Origin: Candidatus Poribacteria bacterium
GTDB taxonomy: Bacteria > Poribacteria > WGA-4E > WGA-3G
DNA length: 64,000 bases
Assembly (NCBI GenBank): GCA_965205015.1
Contig: OZ242029.1
Coordinates: 2,464,001-2,528,000, forward strand
Reading direction: 5' to 3'
Shown one piece after another: positions 29,480-40,032 of the stretch (within the stretch, counting starts at the first letter, position 1; every line of letters begins with the position of its first letter). Below the pieces are notes generated by a model. The model saw only the letters and a program-made list of their open reading frames with translations, made no database searches and was not told where the DNA came from. The position numbers and the translations under genes were made by a program.

Positions 29480-30970
29480 ATGCGCATGTATGACGATTTT
29501 TTGATGGAATCCTATAAAGTCAGGGAAAAGATGGTCGCCGATAAATTGCGACCGAAATACCACTTCTTACCACCACACGGTCGTTGGAACGACATCAACG
29601 GCGCAGTCTTCTTCAACGGTAGATACCATCTCGGCTACCTACAGAAGATTAGAAACGGGCCCGATGAAAGGGATTTTTCGAGTTGGCAACACATTTCAAG
29701 TCGGGATCTGCTGCATTGGACCTATCACACAGCGTCCCTTGACGAGCCACTCGAAGAAAAGAAGGGCGATTATTTCAATAGCGGCGATGTCATGGATGGA
29801 ATGGAAATTCCAACGATTATCACCAACATGCCCAGAAGGGGAATCTGTATCTACCAATGCCACGATGCCGATCTCTCACACTGGACACCACTCGCAGAGA
29901 ATCCAGTGATTCCAATCGATACGGATGAATTCCCCGAATGCGTGATCTTCGATCCAAGTGGCTGGAAAGAGGGGGATACCTACTACGCCCTCATCGGAAA
30001 TAAAAACCATCGTCCCGGCTACGAAGGCGACTCGACAAGCCTCTTTAAGTCGAAAGACCTCAAGCAGTGGACTTACGTCGGTCCCTTCTATAAATCCTCG
30101 CGCAAATGGACAGCAGAGGTTGAAGATTGCGCCTGCTCCGACTTCTTCCGCTTTGGGGAGAAACACATGCTGCTGATGCACACCCATCACCCCTTTAACA
30201 AATGCCAGTATTACATCGGACACTACGAAAATGAGACCTTCACTCCCGAAATCAACGGACAATTGAGCCATCTCGGTAGTATGCTTTCTGGTCCCGAAAC
30301 CCTCATTGACGATAAGGGTAGACGCCTCTTTTGGGGATGGATCGCCGATGCCCGAGATGCAGACGAATATGGCTGGCAGAGCATCATGACGCTGCCGTGG
30401 CACCTGAAACCCACATCGGATAACCGTCTCAATATTGAGCCCGCTTCGGAATTGCAATCTTTGAGATATAATCCGTGCTACGTCGAAAATCTGTTTTTAG
30501 AAGCCGAGCAAGAAATTACCGTTGACGGGCTTGCCTCGGATTGTATGGAGCTAAAACTGACAATAGAACCCCATTCCGCGCAGCGATTTGGGGTAAAACT
30601 GTTCTGTTCGCCAGATCTCGAGGAGGAAACGGTGATATGTTACGATGCCGAGCAGCAAGCCTTTGTCATTGACTTTGAGAATGCGAGCGATGACAAAGCA
30701 CTTTCATACCGGTGTGGACGTGAAGTGCTGAAATCTGGAGAGTTCAAACAGACGGTGCCTTTCGCACTCGGAGGCGACCACGCACTTGAACTGGATATTT
30801 TCGTTGACAGATCCGTAATTGAAATATTCGTCAATTCAGAAGTGTGCCTCGTCCAGCGGGTTTATCCGATGCGACCCGACAGCAAGGAAGTGCGATTTTT
30901 TTCCGAGGATGGACGGATTGCGGTCAGGAATATCGTCAAATGGGAGATGGACGCAACCAACCCGTGGTAG
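29480..30970 (+). CDS. Glycoside hydrolase family 32
   Basis: RPKYHF..WNDING, W.H..S.DLLHW, FDP, C-terminal IFVDRSVIEIF. Confidence 0.9.
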   Translation: MRMYDDFLMESYKVREKMVADKLRPKYHFLPPHGRWNDINGAVFFNGRYHLGYLQKIRNGPDERDFSSWQHISSRDLLHWTYHTASLDEPLEEKKGDYFNSGDVMDGMEIPTIITNMPRRGICIYQCHDADLSHWTPLAENPVIPIDTDEFPECVIFDPSGWKEGDTYYALIGNKNHRPGYEGDSTSLFKSKDLKQWTYVGPFYKSSRKWTAEVEDCACSDFFRFGEKHMLLMHTHHPFNKCQYYIGHYENETFTPEINGQLSHLGSMLSGPETLIDDKGRRLFWGWIADARDADEYGWQSIMTLPWHLKPTSDNRLNIEPASELQSLRYNPCYVENLFLEAEQEITVDGLASDCMELKLTIEPHSAQRFGVKLFCSPDLEEETVICYDAEQQAFVIDFENASDDKALSYRCGREVLKSGEFKQTVPFALGGDHALELDIFVDRSVIEIFVNSEVCLVQRVYPMRPDSKEVRFFSEDGRIAVRNIVKWEMDATNPW

Positions 30971-31011
30971 ATTGTGGCTGCAAACACTATACAAAGATTC
31001 TTGCCGTCAGT

Positions 31012-31773
31012 TCACGCCGATTTAACTGCTGCCACCTTAACGCTCGAGATCTCCACCCGACGCATTTTCGCATAGGCTGATTTACTAAGAACCCGAACGT
31101 TCTCAAACCCAGCCTGGCGAATCGAATCTAAATACTGGTCTTCAGGCAACGCCCCTGAAATACAACGCACCCATACGCTTACCGCGGCTCTCGCCCACTC
31201 GGGCATGTTGTTGGCGACCATGTCGGATACCACCAATTTACCGCCCGGCTTGAGGACGCGGTACGCTTCTTCAAAAACCTTATCCTTATCCGGTGCCAGA
31301 CAGATCACGCAATTGGAGATGATCCAATCCACACTTTCATCTCCAATCGGCATGGATTCGATCTCACCCAAACGGAAATCGACATTCTTCGCGCTGGCTT
31401 CCTCGGCATTCTGTTGTGCTTTCTCGATCATCTCAGGGGTCATGTCAATACCAATTGCTCTGCCGCTTTCACCGACAAGCTGCGAGGCGAGTAACACATC
31501 AATCCCGGCACCAGAGCCGAGATCTACCACAATATCGCCCTCTTGAACGTCCGCATATTCCAGTGGATTCCCGCAGCCGAAGGAGTGTTCAGCGGCATCC
31601 GTGGGGATACTGGAAATCTGTGCTTCGGTGTAGCCATTCTTTTCTGCTGGACTATCTGTATTGGTGTCTGGACAGCAGGTAAGTGATGAACAGCACGACT
31701 CATCCGTTTTTATTCTGTCGGCATAATGTTTACGAACAGATTCTTTAATCTGTTTTTCATCTTGAGACTTCAT
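31012..31773 (-). CDS. arsM: Arsenite methyltransferase
   Basis: Cys-rich N-terminus, SFGCGNP, DLGSGAGID, GIDMTPEM, IISNCVI, CISGA. Confidence 0.9.
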   Translation of the reverse strand: MKSQDEKQIKESVRKHYADRIKTDESCCSSLTCCPDTNTDSPAEKNGYTEAQISSIPTDAAEHSFGCGNPLEYADVQEGDIVVDLGSGAGIDVLLASQLVGESGRAIGIDMTPEMIEKAQQNAEEASAKNVDFRLGEIESMPIGDESVDWIISNCVICLAPDKDKVFEEAYRVLKPGGKLVVSDMVANNMPEWARAAVSVWVRCISGALPEDQYLDSIRQAGFENVRVLSKSAYAKMRRVEISSVKVAAVKSA

Positions 31774-31845
31774 AGTTTTCCTCAGATAAGAATTGGGGCT
31801 TGTATGGCGAACCATTTCACGGTTTAATTCCAATAGCACAATGTG

Positions 31846-32736
31846 TTACAGTATCCGTCCTTTGGGGATCTGCGAGTTCGGATACCATTGAGACTCGGAA
31901 GGCGGTGCGGGTTCGGGAGGCTGCAGGGACGCAAACTCAGTCAACTTCGGTCGGATCTCGTCTTCCCAAATCCCTTCGACATCATCAAACGTGAGTGGCG
32001 TGTGATTCGAGACTTCCGCTTTATATGCCGATAGCAACTCCCGCGTCTTTTCACCGAAATGCGCCACGATATCGGTCACCATCTGTTCTCCAACTTGACG
32101 GCTGGAGGATTCATTGAAATCTCCCATTGCGAAATCAGGTGCGCGTGCATCATCTGTCGGCATCCGCGACATATCGACACAGTCAGGTGCCACCGCCCAA
32201 AGCACGGATGTCTCACCGCGTCCAGCGTGTCCGCCGAGTCCTTTACCATCCTCGAAACGCTCGATATCTGCACCGATACTCATCGTTGAATACATCCGAA
32301 CGCCAACATGTGCCTGCATAATCTCAATCACGACTGGCACGTCCAGTCGATGGGGACCCGAATGCCCTGAAAACAGAATTGCACCGTGAAAACCCAGCGC
32401 ATCCACCGCCCGAATGTGATAGCATATATTCTTCAAGAACATCCAAGGTGGTATTGCTGTCAGCCATGGTCGCTCTTGGTTGACTTGCTTGTGTCCCCAT
32501 GCGCCGTAACCGCTAATCTCATGGCAGTGCCAGTAAAAGGGGGGTGCGACAATCCCACCGTGTGCTTGCGCCGCCTGACACGAGCATTCATGTGCGCGAA
32601 TTGCATCCATCCCAACCGCATTGTGCCAACCGTGCGGTTCGCACAACCCATACGGGAGATACACCATCGGACACGCCTCTATCGCTGCTTCTAACTCATC
32701 CGGAAACATCCGTTCCCATTGCACCTCACGTCTCAT
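31846..32736 (-). CDS. Creatininase family protein
   Basis: GLCEPHGWH...D, SGH, GHAGRGETS. Confidence 0.88.
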   Translation of the reverse strand: MRREVQWERMFPDELEAAIEACPMVYLPYGLCEPHGWHNAVGMDAIRAHECSCQAAQAHGGIVAPPFYWHCHEISGYGAWGHKQVNQERPWLTAIPPWMFLKNICYHIRAVDALGFHGAILFSGHSGPHRLDVPVVIEIMQAHVGVRMYSTMSIGADIERFEDGKGLGGHAGRGETSVLWAVAPDCVDMSRMPTDDARAPDFAMGDFNESSSRQVGEQMVTDIVAHFGEKTRELLSAYKAEVSNHTPLTFDDVEGIWEDEIRPKLTEFASLQPPEPAPPSESQWYPNSQIPKGRIL

Positions 32737-32936
32737 ATAATATCCTCTCCGATCATTTGTGAAACTCTCTTCAATCCGATTTCAATCTAACCTAAAACGC
32801 GTTTGCATAAATCTGTTGAACATGCGATAATGTCAAAAGTCTAATAGAAGTCTAACAGATTTTTAAACTTGATGTCCACTCATTTTTATTGGTGTCAGTC
32901 AACTTTCTGAACCCGTAGATCACGGAGGGAAACCCA

Positions 32937-33746
32937 ATGATACGTCTAATATTAATTGCCTTCAGTATCCTGTGTTGCCTTGCCATGCTTGTGAAACACA
33001 GCACTGCTGAAATCGACCCGACGACCGCCGTTGGTGTGTGGCTCTTTAATGAGACGGATGGGGACACAGCATCCGACGCCTCTGAAAACGGCAACGATGG
33101 CACACTGCAGGGTGACCCGGAATGGGTCCCCGGTGGCAAATTTGGCAACGCACTGGAATTGGATGGTGCAGGTGATTATGTGAGCGTCCCTGACCATGAA
33201 ACTTTGGATGCTAAAATCAGTGAGGCATTCACAATCGTCATCTGGGTTAAAGGCACTTACAGACCCAACGATTGGCACGGGTTAGTGACAAAGGCACAGG
33301 GATGGCGAGTCGATATGTGTTACCTGTTGCAACGGGCTGCTAATGGCAAATTCGAGTTTGCTCTTTTTGGAGAAGGCGGCAACGACAGCTGGACAGCATC
33401 CGACATCCTCCCAGAAGACGACACATGGTACCATGTGGGTGCTGTCTATACCGGCGAAGAAACGCAGCTTTACGTTGATGGCGTGGTCTCTGCCACGCGT
33501 GTCTTCTCTGCGGAGATTGCCGACACGAACGCGCCTGTGGTCATTGGAACTAATTACCCAACCGGTATTCAGCCAGTGAACGGTCTTATCGACGAGGCTG
33601 CGATTTTTAGTGTTCCTTTGGAAGAAGAGGATATCAACGCCATAATGAACGACGGCTTGGAGGAGACGCTCGGTATATTGGCTGTCGAACCTTCAGACAA
33701 ATTGGCTTTGACGTGGGGCGATTTAAAAGTCGGTAATGATAAATGA
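32937..33746 (+). CDS. Secreted LamG-like jellyroll protein
   Basis: Signal peptide, WLFNE, GKFGNALELDG, WYHV, IDE; C-terminal AVEPSDKLALTWGDLK. Confidence 0.88.
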   Translation: MIRLILIAFSILCCLAMLVKHSTAEIDPTTAVGVWLFNETDGDTASDASENGNDGTLQGDPEWVPGGKFGNALELDGAGDYVSVPDHETLDAKISEAFTIVIWVKGTYRPNDWHGLVTKAQGWRVDMCYLLQRAANGKFEFALFGEGGNDSWTASDILPEDDTWYHVGAVYTGEETQLYVDGVVSATRVFSAEIADTNAPVVIGTNYPTGIQPVNGLIDEAAIFSVPLEEEDINAIMNDGLEETLGILAVEPSDKLALTWGDLKVGNDK

Positions 33747-33886
33747 TGTCCCCGCTGAGTTAATGACGGATCCGCCGGTATACTCTGGTGCGCTCTAAAG
33801 ATGTCTATGCTATCACTGACCATTCATAGATTTCGTACTGGAACAGTAAGTGATAGCATACAATCCAACATTCAGTCAAAAGACTT

Positions 33887-35629
33887 TTACGCTCGTTTTT
33901 CACCCGGTTTTCGTCGATGCTTTGAGGCGTAGCTATCCCCTTCTGGATCGTAGGAAACGGATACCTGCCCATCTTCCACAACCAGTCGCGGCACCGTCCG
34001 GTGACGACCGTCCCGTTCGGGGCCTCGCATAACAGCGAATTGTGTCTCGGTCATATCCTCAACCATATCCCCCCACCGGTCTTGCGGATCAATCACACCG
34101 CCGCCCCAATTGACATTTTTCGACTGATACTTAATCAATACGCCGCGTCTGGGGACAGAATTCTTCCACGCTAAGGCACCGTGTGTGCAACCGCCGTCCA
34201 TAAAGAAGAGGACATCACCAGCCTTCATAGCAGGTTGGACCACTAAACCCATGGTATCATCACACGTCCGAATCCCGGGAGGCATGGAGTACTGGGTCTT
34301 GTGAGAGCCGGGCACACATGCGAAACCGCCGAGTCCCGGTTCAACATCGCGCAGTTGCCATGTGATGGTGACGGTCTCTGCATAACTACGTCCGTTCTTA
34401 AAATAATAACCGCGTGATGGTGTCATCGGTTCATTGCCATCGTGGAGCGAGTGCCCCGATGTGCCTTGAACGGCACAGAACACGGTCGCGCCACCCATGC
34501 GATAGCCGCTACCGCCCATCCAATTCAACCGCTGCACCACGGCAGGATGCGCAATCATACGCCGAAACGGTGCGTTATACGGGTCAGGAAGGTCTAACAA
34601 ACCCGGTAGGAGGGGGCGCCCTGTGCCAGCCTGACTTATCGATCCTCGTGCCAGTTCCTCGCCTACCACGATGCGGTCTTGGAATTTATCCACCGCTTCA
34701 TTGGCTTCCGCGAGCCACTGCTCATCCATTACGCCGCGCACCACCACATATCCATTCAGATCCCAAAAGTAAAACTCTTTCTCATCAATGCCAGAATCTG
34801 GGTCGCGGGTATAAATTGATGGATGAAGGATGGACGGGTCTTCCGCTACCCATGTCTCTTCGCCATCTGTATTTATCACGGGTGGTGGACTTGAACCCTT
34901 ATACCCAGGGACATACATGACTGCCTTTTGTGCGGGGGTCGCTTCATCTGCCCATCCCGGCAAAGATTCGGTCTCTGAGTGGGGGCCAACTGGGTTGGAC
35001 TGAACTGCCGCACGCGCCGCATACCAGTACGTCAATAACCTTTTTGGCTTGTCTTTCCACGGTCGCACGCCTTGGAGCGTAGGTTCCGCAACCAAAAATA
35101 GATCGCCAGCCTTGAGTACCGGCTGCACCACCACTCCCATATCGTCAATACCTGTTGCCAAGTCGTGCGGTGTTTCAACATTGCTCTTGTGGCTTGCCTG
35201 AACGACAATCAGTCCGCCCTCGCCTTCTTCGACATCGTCCAACACCCAGACCGCTTTCACACCCTGGCAGCTTCTCCTGCCGTTTTGTTGGCGGTATGCC
35301 AAAGATGGATTTCTCGGTTCATCACCGCCGACGAGTGTTGTACTTGCTTCGCCTTCTCGCTGTCCCAATAAGCGAGGGGCTTGATCCAATCGGAAGCCGT
35401 GTCCGATAATCTGGTTCAAATACCACACCAATTTCGGATGTACCAGTAAGTCGCGGAACAATTCGCGGTGTGAACTGTCTCCGCCTAACAACTTCTCACT
35501 TTCTCCGACGACATCTAATGCAGCGTTGAGTGCTGCCACCTCTTCTTGAGTGAGGACACTCGGAACGTGTAGATAGCCTGCCACATCAAAAGCATAATTC
35601 TCTTCATTACTCATAACGTCATTATCCAT
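33887..35629 (-). CDS. Tandem two-domain PhyH-family protein
   Basis: Two repeats (FDVAGY..ASHK..AGDL and WDLNGY..PGSHK..AGDV). Confidence 0.85.
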   Translation of the reverse strand: MDNDVMSNEENYAFDVAGYLHVPSVLTQEEVAALNAALDVVGESEKLLGGDSSHRELFRDLLVHPKLVWYLNQIIGHGFRLDQAPRLLGQREGEASTTLVGGDEPRNPSLAYRQQNGRRSCQGVKAVWVLDDVEEGEGGLIVVQASHKSNVETPHDLATGIDDMGVVVQPVLKAGDLFLVAEPTLQGVRPWKDKPKRLLTYWYAARAAVQSNPVGPHSETESLPGWADEATPAQKAVMYVPGYKGSSPPPVINTDGEETWVAEDPSILHPSIYTRDPDSGIDEKEFYFWDLNGYVVVRGVMDEQWLAEANEAVDKFQDRIVVGEELARGSISQAGTGRPLLPGLLDLPDPYNAPFRRMIAHPAVVQRLNWMGGSGYRMGGATVFCAVQGTSGHSLHDGNEPMTPSRGYYFKNGRSYAETVTITWQLRDVEPGLGGFACVPGSHKTQYSMPPGIRTCDDTMGLVVQPAMKAGDVLFFMDGGCTHGALAWKNSVPRRGVLIKYQSKNVNWGGGVIDPQDRWGDMVEDMTETQFAVMRGPERDGRHRTVPRLVVEDGQVSVSYDPEGDSYASKHRRKPGEKRA

Positions 35630-35696
35630 TTTGCTTCTCCTGTTATCGGTGATGGTCAAACCGGAGATGGCGCAACCAACTCACGTGAGTTTGTCG

Positions 35697-37115
35697 CTAT
35701 AAACACCACGCATAAGGACCGGGACCTGTGTGGCAAACCATCTCGGCGATCTGCTGGCGCATCTGTGCGATGCGGTTCTGGTGTTCCGGGCGATTGGCAA
35801 CGTTTTGCATTTCGTCCGGGTCGGTCTTTAGGTCGTACAGTTCATCAATATCGAAGCGGTTCCGAATATATTTCCAGTCTCCATCTTTTATCATCATACA
35901 GGCTGCCAATTCTTCCGGTTCGTTTGCGTTATGATAGATCGCATTAAGACTGGCGATTTCAGCGAAAATGGGTTGATGTTCAGGTTCGCGCCCGTTCAAA
36001 ATCGCCTCCGCGACGGATCGTCCGTCAATCGGCGTTTCCGGCGTCTGATCTGCGAAACTTAGCACAGTCGGCATCAGATCCACACCCGCCAGCGGTGTCG
36101 TAACTCGAAAACCGGACGGCAAATGGTTCTGCCATGAGAGCAGACACGGCACCCGCACCGAGGCCTCATACATCAAACACTTCTCGGTGTAGCCGTGGTC
36201 GCCGAGCAACTCGCCGTGGTCACTTATAAAGGCGACAACTGTATTCGTTCCCTCAAGCGCATTCAACAGGCGTCCAACTTGGGTGTCGATGTGTGTGATG
36301 AGGGCGTAGTAATAAGTCATCATTCGGCGGAATTCAGCCTCAGTGACGGTTGGGGGGATACGGAATTTTCCACGCGTTTGAAATTCAGGCTTTCCCTCAA
36401 GCGGATCGCGCAAAGAGGGAGGTAGCGGCATATCTTCTTCGCGATAGTGCTCCAGCAAGTCCGGCGGCACCAAAACAAGAGGATGTGGGTCTTTGATACT
36501 GGCAAATAGGAAGAAAGGGGCATCGTCATCTTGTTGTTGAATAAATTCGAGCGAACGGTCGATTGTCCAGGTTGTGCGCTGTTGTCGAGGGTCCGTAATC
36601 GTGCCGAATTCCAGGATATTTCCGTACTGCGTCATTCCTGGTGCCCCTGAGCGATAGAGGTTTTCAACCCCTTCCGTATCGAAGTAATCAAACAGTGGGT
36701 CTGGAGCGTCACCGAGATAACGATAGGTACACCAAAAATCGGTAAATCCGTGTTGTGGGTGCTGGTCGTCTCCTAAATGCCACGGTCCGACGATACCACA
36801 GCGATAGCCAGCACGTTTGAGCACGTCTCCGATAGTGATCCGGTCGTGAGGGAGGTGGCCGCCGAACTCGCCCATCCTTTTCGGTCCATAATTCCGCAGT
36901 TGTAAATGGGCATGCGGATAGAGTCCCGTCAACCAACTTGCGCGTGCGGGTGAGCAGACCGGCGATGCACAGTAAGCGTTTTCGAAGCAGACACCGCTTG
37001 CTGCCAACCGATCCAGATGCGGCGTCTGAACGACTGGACTGCCAGCGAACCCGGCAGCGTCCCACCGCATCTGATCACACATAATGAGTAAGATATTCGG
37101 TCGAGATGTCGTCAT
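35697..37115 (-). CDS. Sulfatase
   Basis: PNILLIMCDQ, CSPARAS formylglycine motif, SDHGE, ELYDL..DP.E. Confidence 0.92.
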   Translation of the reverse strand: MTTSRPNILLIMCDQMRWDAAGFAGSPVVQTPHLDRLAASGVCFENAYCASPVCSPARASWLTGLYPHAHLQLRNYGPKRMGEFGGHLPHDRITIGDVLKRAGYRCGIVGPWHLGDDQHPQHGFTDFWCTYRYLGDAPDPLFDYFDTEGVENLYRSGAPGMTQYGNILEFGTITDPRQQRTTWTIDRSLEFIQQQDDDAPFFLFASIKDPHPLVLVPPDLLEHYREEDMPLPPSLRDPLEGKPEFQTRGKFRIPPTVTEAEFRRMMTYYYALITHIDTQVGRLLNALEGTNTVVAFISDHGELLGDHGYTEKCLMYEASVRVPCLLSWQNHLPSGFRVTTPLAGVDLMPTVLSFADQTPETPIDGRSVAEAILNGREPEHQPIFAEIASLNAIYHNANEPEELAACMMIKDGDWKYIRNRFDIDELYDLKTDPDEMQNVANRPEHQNRIAQMRQQIAEMVCHTGPGPYAWCL

Positions 37116-37190
37116 CACTTTGAAACGGCTATGTGAGAAGGCATGAAAAGTGTTCAAACCTTCGTCGGATTAATCTGGTATGTGTCCCTT

Positions 37191-37913
37191 CTATTTCATC
37201 GCGTAATCTACTGTTACCAAAGCACTAACCTTCTTAGATATAGAGGAGACATCATCAGTACTCTTTTCGGAAATACCGCTCGAATCTGCAGAGCGCACGC
37301 TGAACACCCCCTGACGCGCAGCACGGAGCGAACCGAGGTTCACGTCGCTCCCTTCAGCCAACGTTTTGGCGCGTTCTCGCGCATCCTTAGTCGCTTCTAC
37401 CAGCAACTGGCTCTTCAGCGCATTCACTTGCGTATAATAGTAACTCGGCATTCCTGAACGCAGGGCTACGCCTTCTCCGAGCAGTGAAGCAATTGCTGTA
37501 GATAACTTTGATATGTTATGCACGTCCCTTGATTTAACGCCAATTCCCTGCGAAAGTTCAAAGAATTCTATCTCATTTGTTTCATGTCCATTTTCTGCCC
37601 GTCTCCTGCGCTCATTTACAGAGACCGCGCGAATTCTTATCTCCTCAGTTTCCACTTGGTTTTCCTGTAGAAAATTTAATACTTTCTCCCGGTGTTCAGC
37701 GAGAACAGTGTAGGCTTCTGCCATATTTCTATCTTTTGCTTTGATTGTAATGTACCATTTCACCATATCTGACTCGACTGGCGTCTCGGCGTATCCCCTC
37801 ACCTTAATAATCTGGTGAGACATTCGTATATCCCGCAGTGCATCTGTAACAAGGTAGGTCGAGATCACGATCCCAAGGGCGAGTATGAAACCAAATGGTA
37901 TAAATCCTTTCAT
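37191..37913 (-). CDS. SIMPL domain (DUF541) protein
   Basis: I.VRGYAE..V.SD, EATKDARERA, ARQGVF. Confidence 0.85.
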   Translation of the reverse strand: MKGFIPFGFILALGIVISTYLVTDALRDIRMSHQIIKVRGYAETPVESDMVKWYITIKAKDRNMAEAYTVLAEHREKVLNFLQENQVETEEIRIRAVSVNERRRRAENGHETNEIEFFELSQGIGVKSRDVHNISKLSTAIASLLGEGVALRSGMPSYYYTQVNALKSQLLVEATKDARERAKTLAEGSDVNLGSLRAARQGVFSVRSADSSGISEKSTDDVSSISKKVSALVTVDYAMK

Positions 37914-37966
37914 ATGACGTATATCTCCTCAATGAATGCTAACTTCAATATTTCGACTCCTGTCTA

Positions 37967-38350
37967 TCACGGTGCGAAACTCGATCGCAGTTTGATGCCC
38001 CAGCGTCCCGCTTCGTAGGTTAAGACGTAGAGCGATTCGTAGGAGGCAATGATCGTGCCATCGGCGCGATAGCGTGTGAACTGCGTGTCAACATGGACTT
38101 TAGATGCTGAGATATGGACAATATTGCGTCTGTCCCAACCACTATGGTGCCAGCCACGTGCAGTTAAGTTCTCTCTTATTCGCGCCCCATCCTGCTCACC
38201 CGGTTCGTTGAGGATTCGCATGTTGCCAGACGCAAGACGGTAATGCGGAAAGTGAAACGTTTTTTCCCATGCAACTATATCGAGACGATTAAATGCCGCC
38301 ATCCACGTGTCAAGCACTTCTATGATTTCAGCTTCGATTTTTTCTTTCAC
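37967..38350 (-). CDS. NTF2/SnoaL-like small protein
   Basis: W..AFN, FHFPHYRL, KVHV..FTRY, WGIKLRSSFA; GTG start after GAGG. Confidence 0.7.
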   Translation of the reverse strand: MKEKIEAEIIEVLDTWMAAFNRLDIVAWEKTFHFPHYRLASGNMRILNEPGEQDGARIRENLTARGWHHSGWDRRNIVHISASKVHVDTQFTRYRADGTIIASYESLYVLTYEAGRWGIKLRSSFAP

Positions 38351-38381
38351 TGTTTCACCTCAAATAGATATTACCATTGAT

Positions 38382-38801
38382 TCTTGCGTGAAAGCCCTAT
38401 CCTTTAGGTTAGGGATGAAACGCTTTTTCCTTGACTTTTTTCTCTAAAAAGTGGTATAATGCGCTTAGCACTTGGATAGGAATGTCACCTCTCTCGCTTG
38501 AGAGAGTCCTATCCTCACCAGTGATATGGTGTGTGAGTGCGAAGTGCGACACCACTCTAAACTACATTTTGGGTATCGTTCCTGTAAGACGAATGCGGAG
38601 TAATGTCCCTACGCCTTGTATCGGTACCCCCTCATTCATTATTTTGCAGGCTGGGGTACCCTGGACCTAAACCAGATAAAACCGATCTGATTCGGAATAA
38701 GAGCCTGCGGGTGGAGCGATAATAAGACGTTCAACCCTTTAGGGAAGAACGCAATCGCTATGAAGCCGAAGCCCCACGCTTTAGCGTGTGGGTTGTATCA
38801 C
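38382..38801 (+). mobile_element. Non-autonomous IS200/IS605-family derivative (no tnpA/tnpB)
   Basis: TTGAT at 38377-38381 precedes left hairpin AAAGCCCTATCC-tttA-GGTTAGGG. The right end is GAAGCCCCACGC-ttta-GCGTGTGGG..TCAC. Confidence 0.75.
38431..38460 (+). promoter_or_regulatory. Internal sigma-70 promoter of the IS605 derivative
   Basis: TTGACT-18 bp-TATAAT with extended -10 TG. Confidence 0.65.
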
Positions 38802-38821
38802 CAAACGTCCGCTATTCTATC
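38695..38821 (+). ncRNA. Putative TnpB omega-RNA scaffold plus 3' guide
   Basis: GCCTGCGGGTGGAG..TAAGAC..hairpin..TGAAGCCGAAGCCCC..TCAC resembles IS605 right-end RNA. Boundaries are approximate. Confidence 0.55.
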
Positions 38822-38889
38822 ACAAATTTCCTATGCATACAAGCGGACAATTTTTAACGAAAGTTAGGGATATCAATACAACGACCCGT

Positions 38890-40032
38890 TCACTGTTGAC
38901 TCTCTTTAATAGCACGTTCAAAGGCGCAGAATAGATTTTGAATATCCTGACGCAATAGGGTTGGGTTCACAGTAAGCAGGATACGTCCGGCGTGATCGCT
39001 ATCTGCAGGGGATACAGATACCGAATGCTCCTTAAGCACCTCAACGAAACATGTCCGATCAACACCTGATGCTAACTTCAGCGGAAATATATTAGAACCG
39101 TGCGCAAAACGTTCAACAGTGATGCCCTCCAACGCGTTGATTTTATCAAAAAGTGCGCTTGCCCGTGTCATAGCACGATTGAAACGTGCTTCAAACCCAT
39201 CTATGCCCTGAAGTGCCAATGCCGCCGCAAAGTTTGCTGATGCCAACCCGCCTCCAAACATACGACGGTCGTGATACAACCCATCCGCGAACGCAGCCGT
39301 GCCTGCCAATATTGCCCCGAAGGGTGCCCCAAAATATTTGTATAACGACACGTACACCGTATCAAACAACGCTGCGTAATCCGCTGGCGGAATACCGGTC
39401 GCGCCTGACATCATGTAGAGCCGTGCGCCATCAAGATGACTCCCAATCTGTTTGTCTTGGCAGTAGTCCGTTACCGCCTTCATTTCATCAAACGGCATAA
39501 TCTTCCCCGATTGGCGGCGGACAGGGCTTTCGACCATCACTGCCCCAACCGGTGTGATGACTCTTCCACTCTCTGCCTGCCCTACTGCAGCTTTCAACGT
39601 TTCGAGTGTAAAATAGGGACATCCCTTTGCCAAGGGTATGAGGTTGATATTACTGAGCCGCGTTACACAATCACCACTGTCATTGTAGAGATGACTTTGC
39701 TCCTGGACGATCGCACGCGGTTTGATGCCGCAGAGTTTTCGGATGGCAAGATGATTGGCGAGCGTACCCGTCGGCATAAAGACCGCCGCCTCCTTGCCCA
39801 ACATTTCAGCGCATTTTTTTTCAAGTTGTTCGACAGTGCCACCAAGGGAATAGGAATCTTCCTTAAGCGTAAATTTTTGATCGAACGCAGCAAGTTCCTG
39901 TAGCATCGTTGAGGGTGATTTCGGTTCTCCGTCTCCTCGAAAGATAACCGTGTTGCTCGGGGGAACATCCGAGATAAGCCTCGTATCGGATCGGAGTAAC
40001 TCGGTAACATGGCGGTCCGTTGTTTCCGTCAA
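38890..40032 (-). CDS. Threonine aldolase family PLP enzyme
   Basis: GKEAAVFMPTGTLAN, HLDGARL, SLYKYFGAPFGAILAG. Confidence 0.88.
   Translation of the reverse strand: MTETTDRHVTELLRSDTRLISDVPPSNTVIFRGDGEPKSPSTMLQELAAFDQKFTLKEDSYSLGGTVEQLEKKCAEMLGKEAAVFMPTGTLANHLAIRKLCGIKPRAIVQEQSHLYNDSGDCVTRLSNINLIPLAKGCPYFTLETLKAAVGQAESGRVITPVGAVMVESPVRRQSGKIMPFDEMKAVTDYCQDKQIGSHLDGARLYMMSGATGIPPADYAALFDTVYVSLYKYFGAPFGAILAGTAAFADGLYHDRRMFGGGLASANFAAALALQGIDGFEARFNRAMTRASALFDKINALEGITVERFAHGSNIFPLKLASGVDRTCFVEVLKEHSVSVSPADSDHAGRILLTVNPTLLRQDIQNLFCAFERAIKESQQ

Noticed and set aside
38431-38670. 79-aa ORF inside the IS605 derivative as a TnpB remnant
   Set aside because: Starts in the promoter -35 box, has no RBS and no RuvC or zinc-finger motifs.
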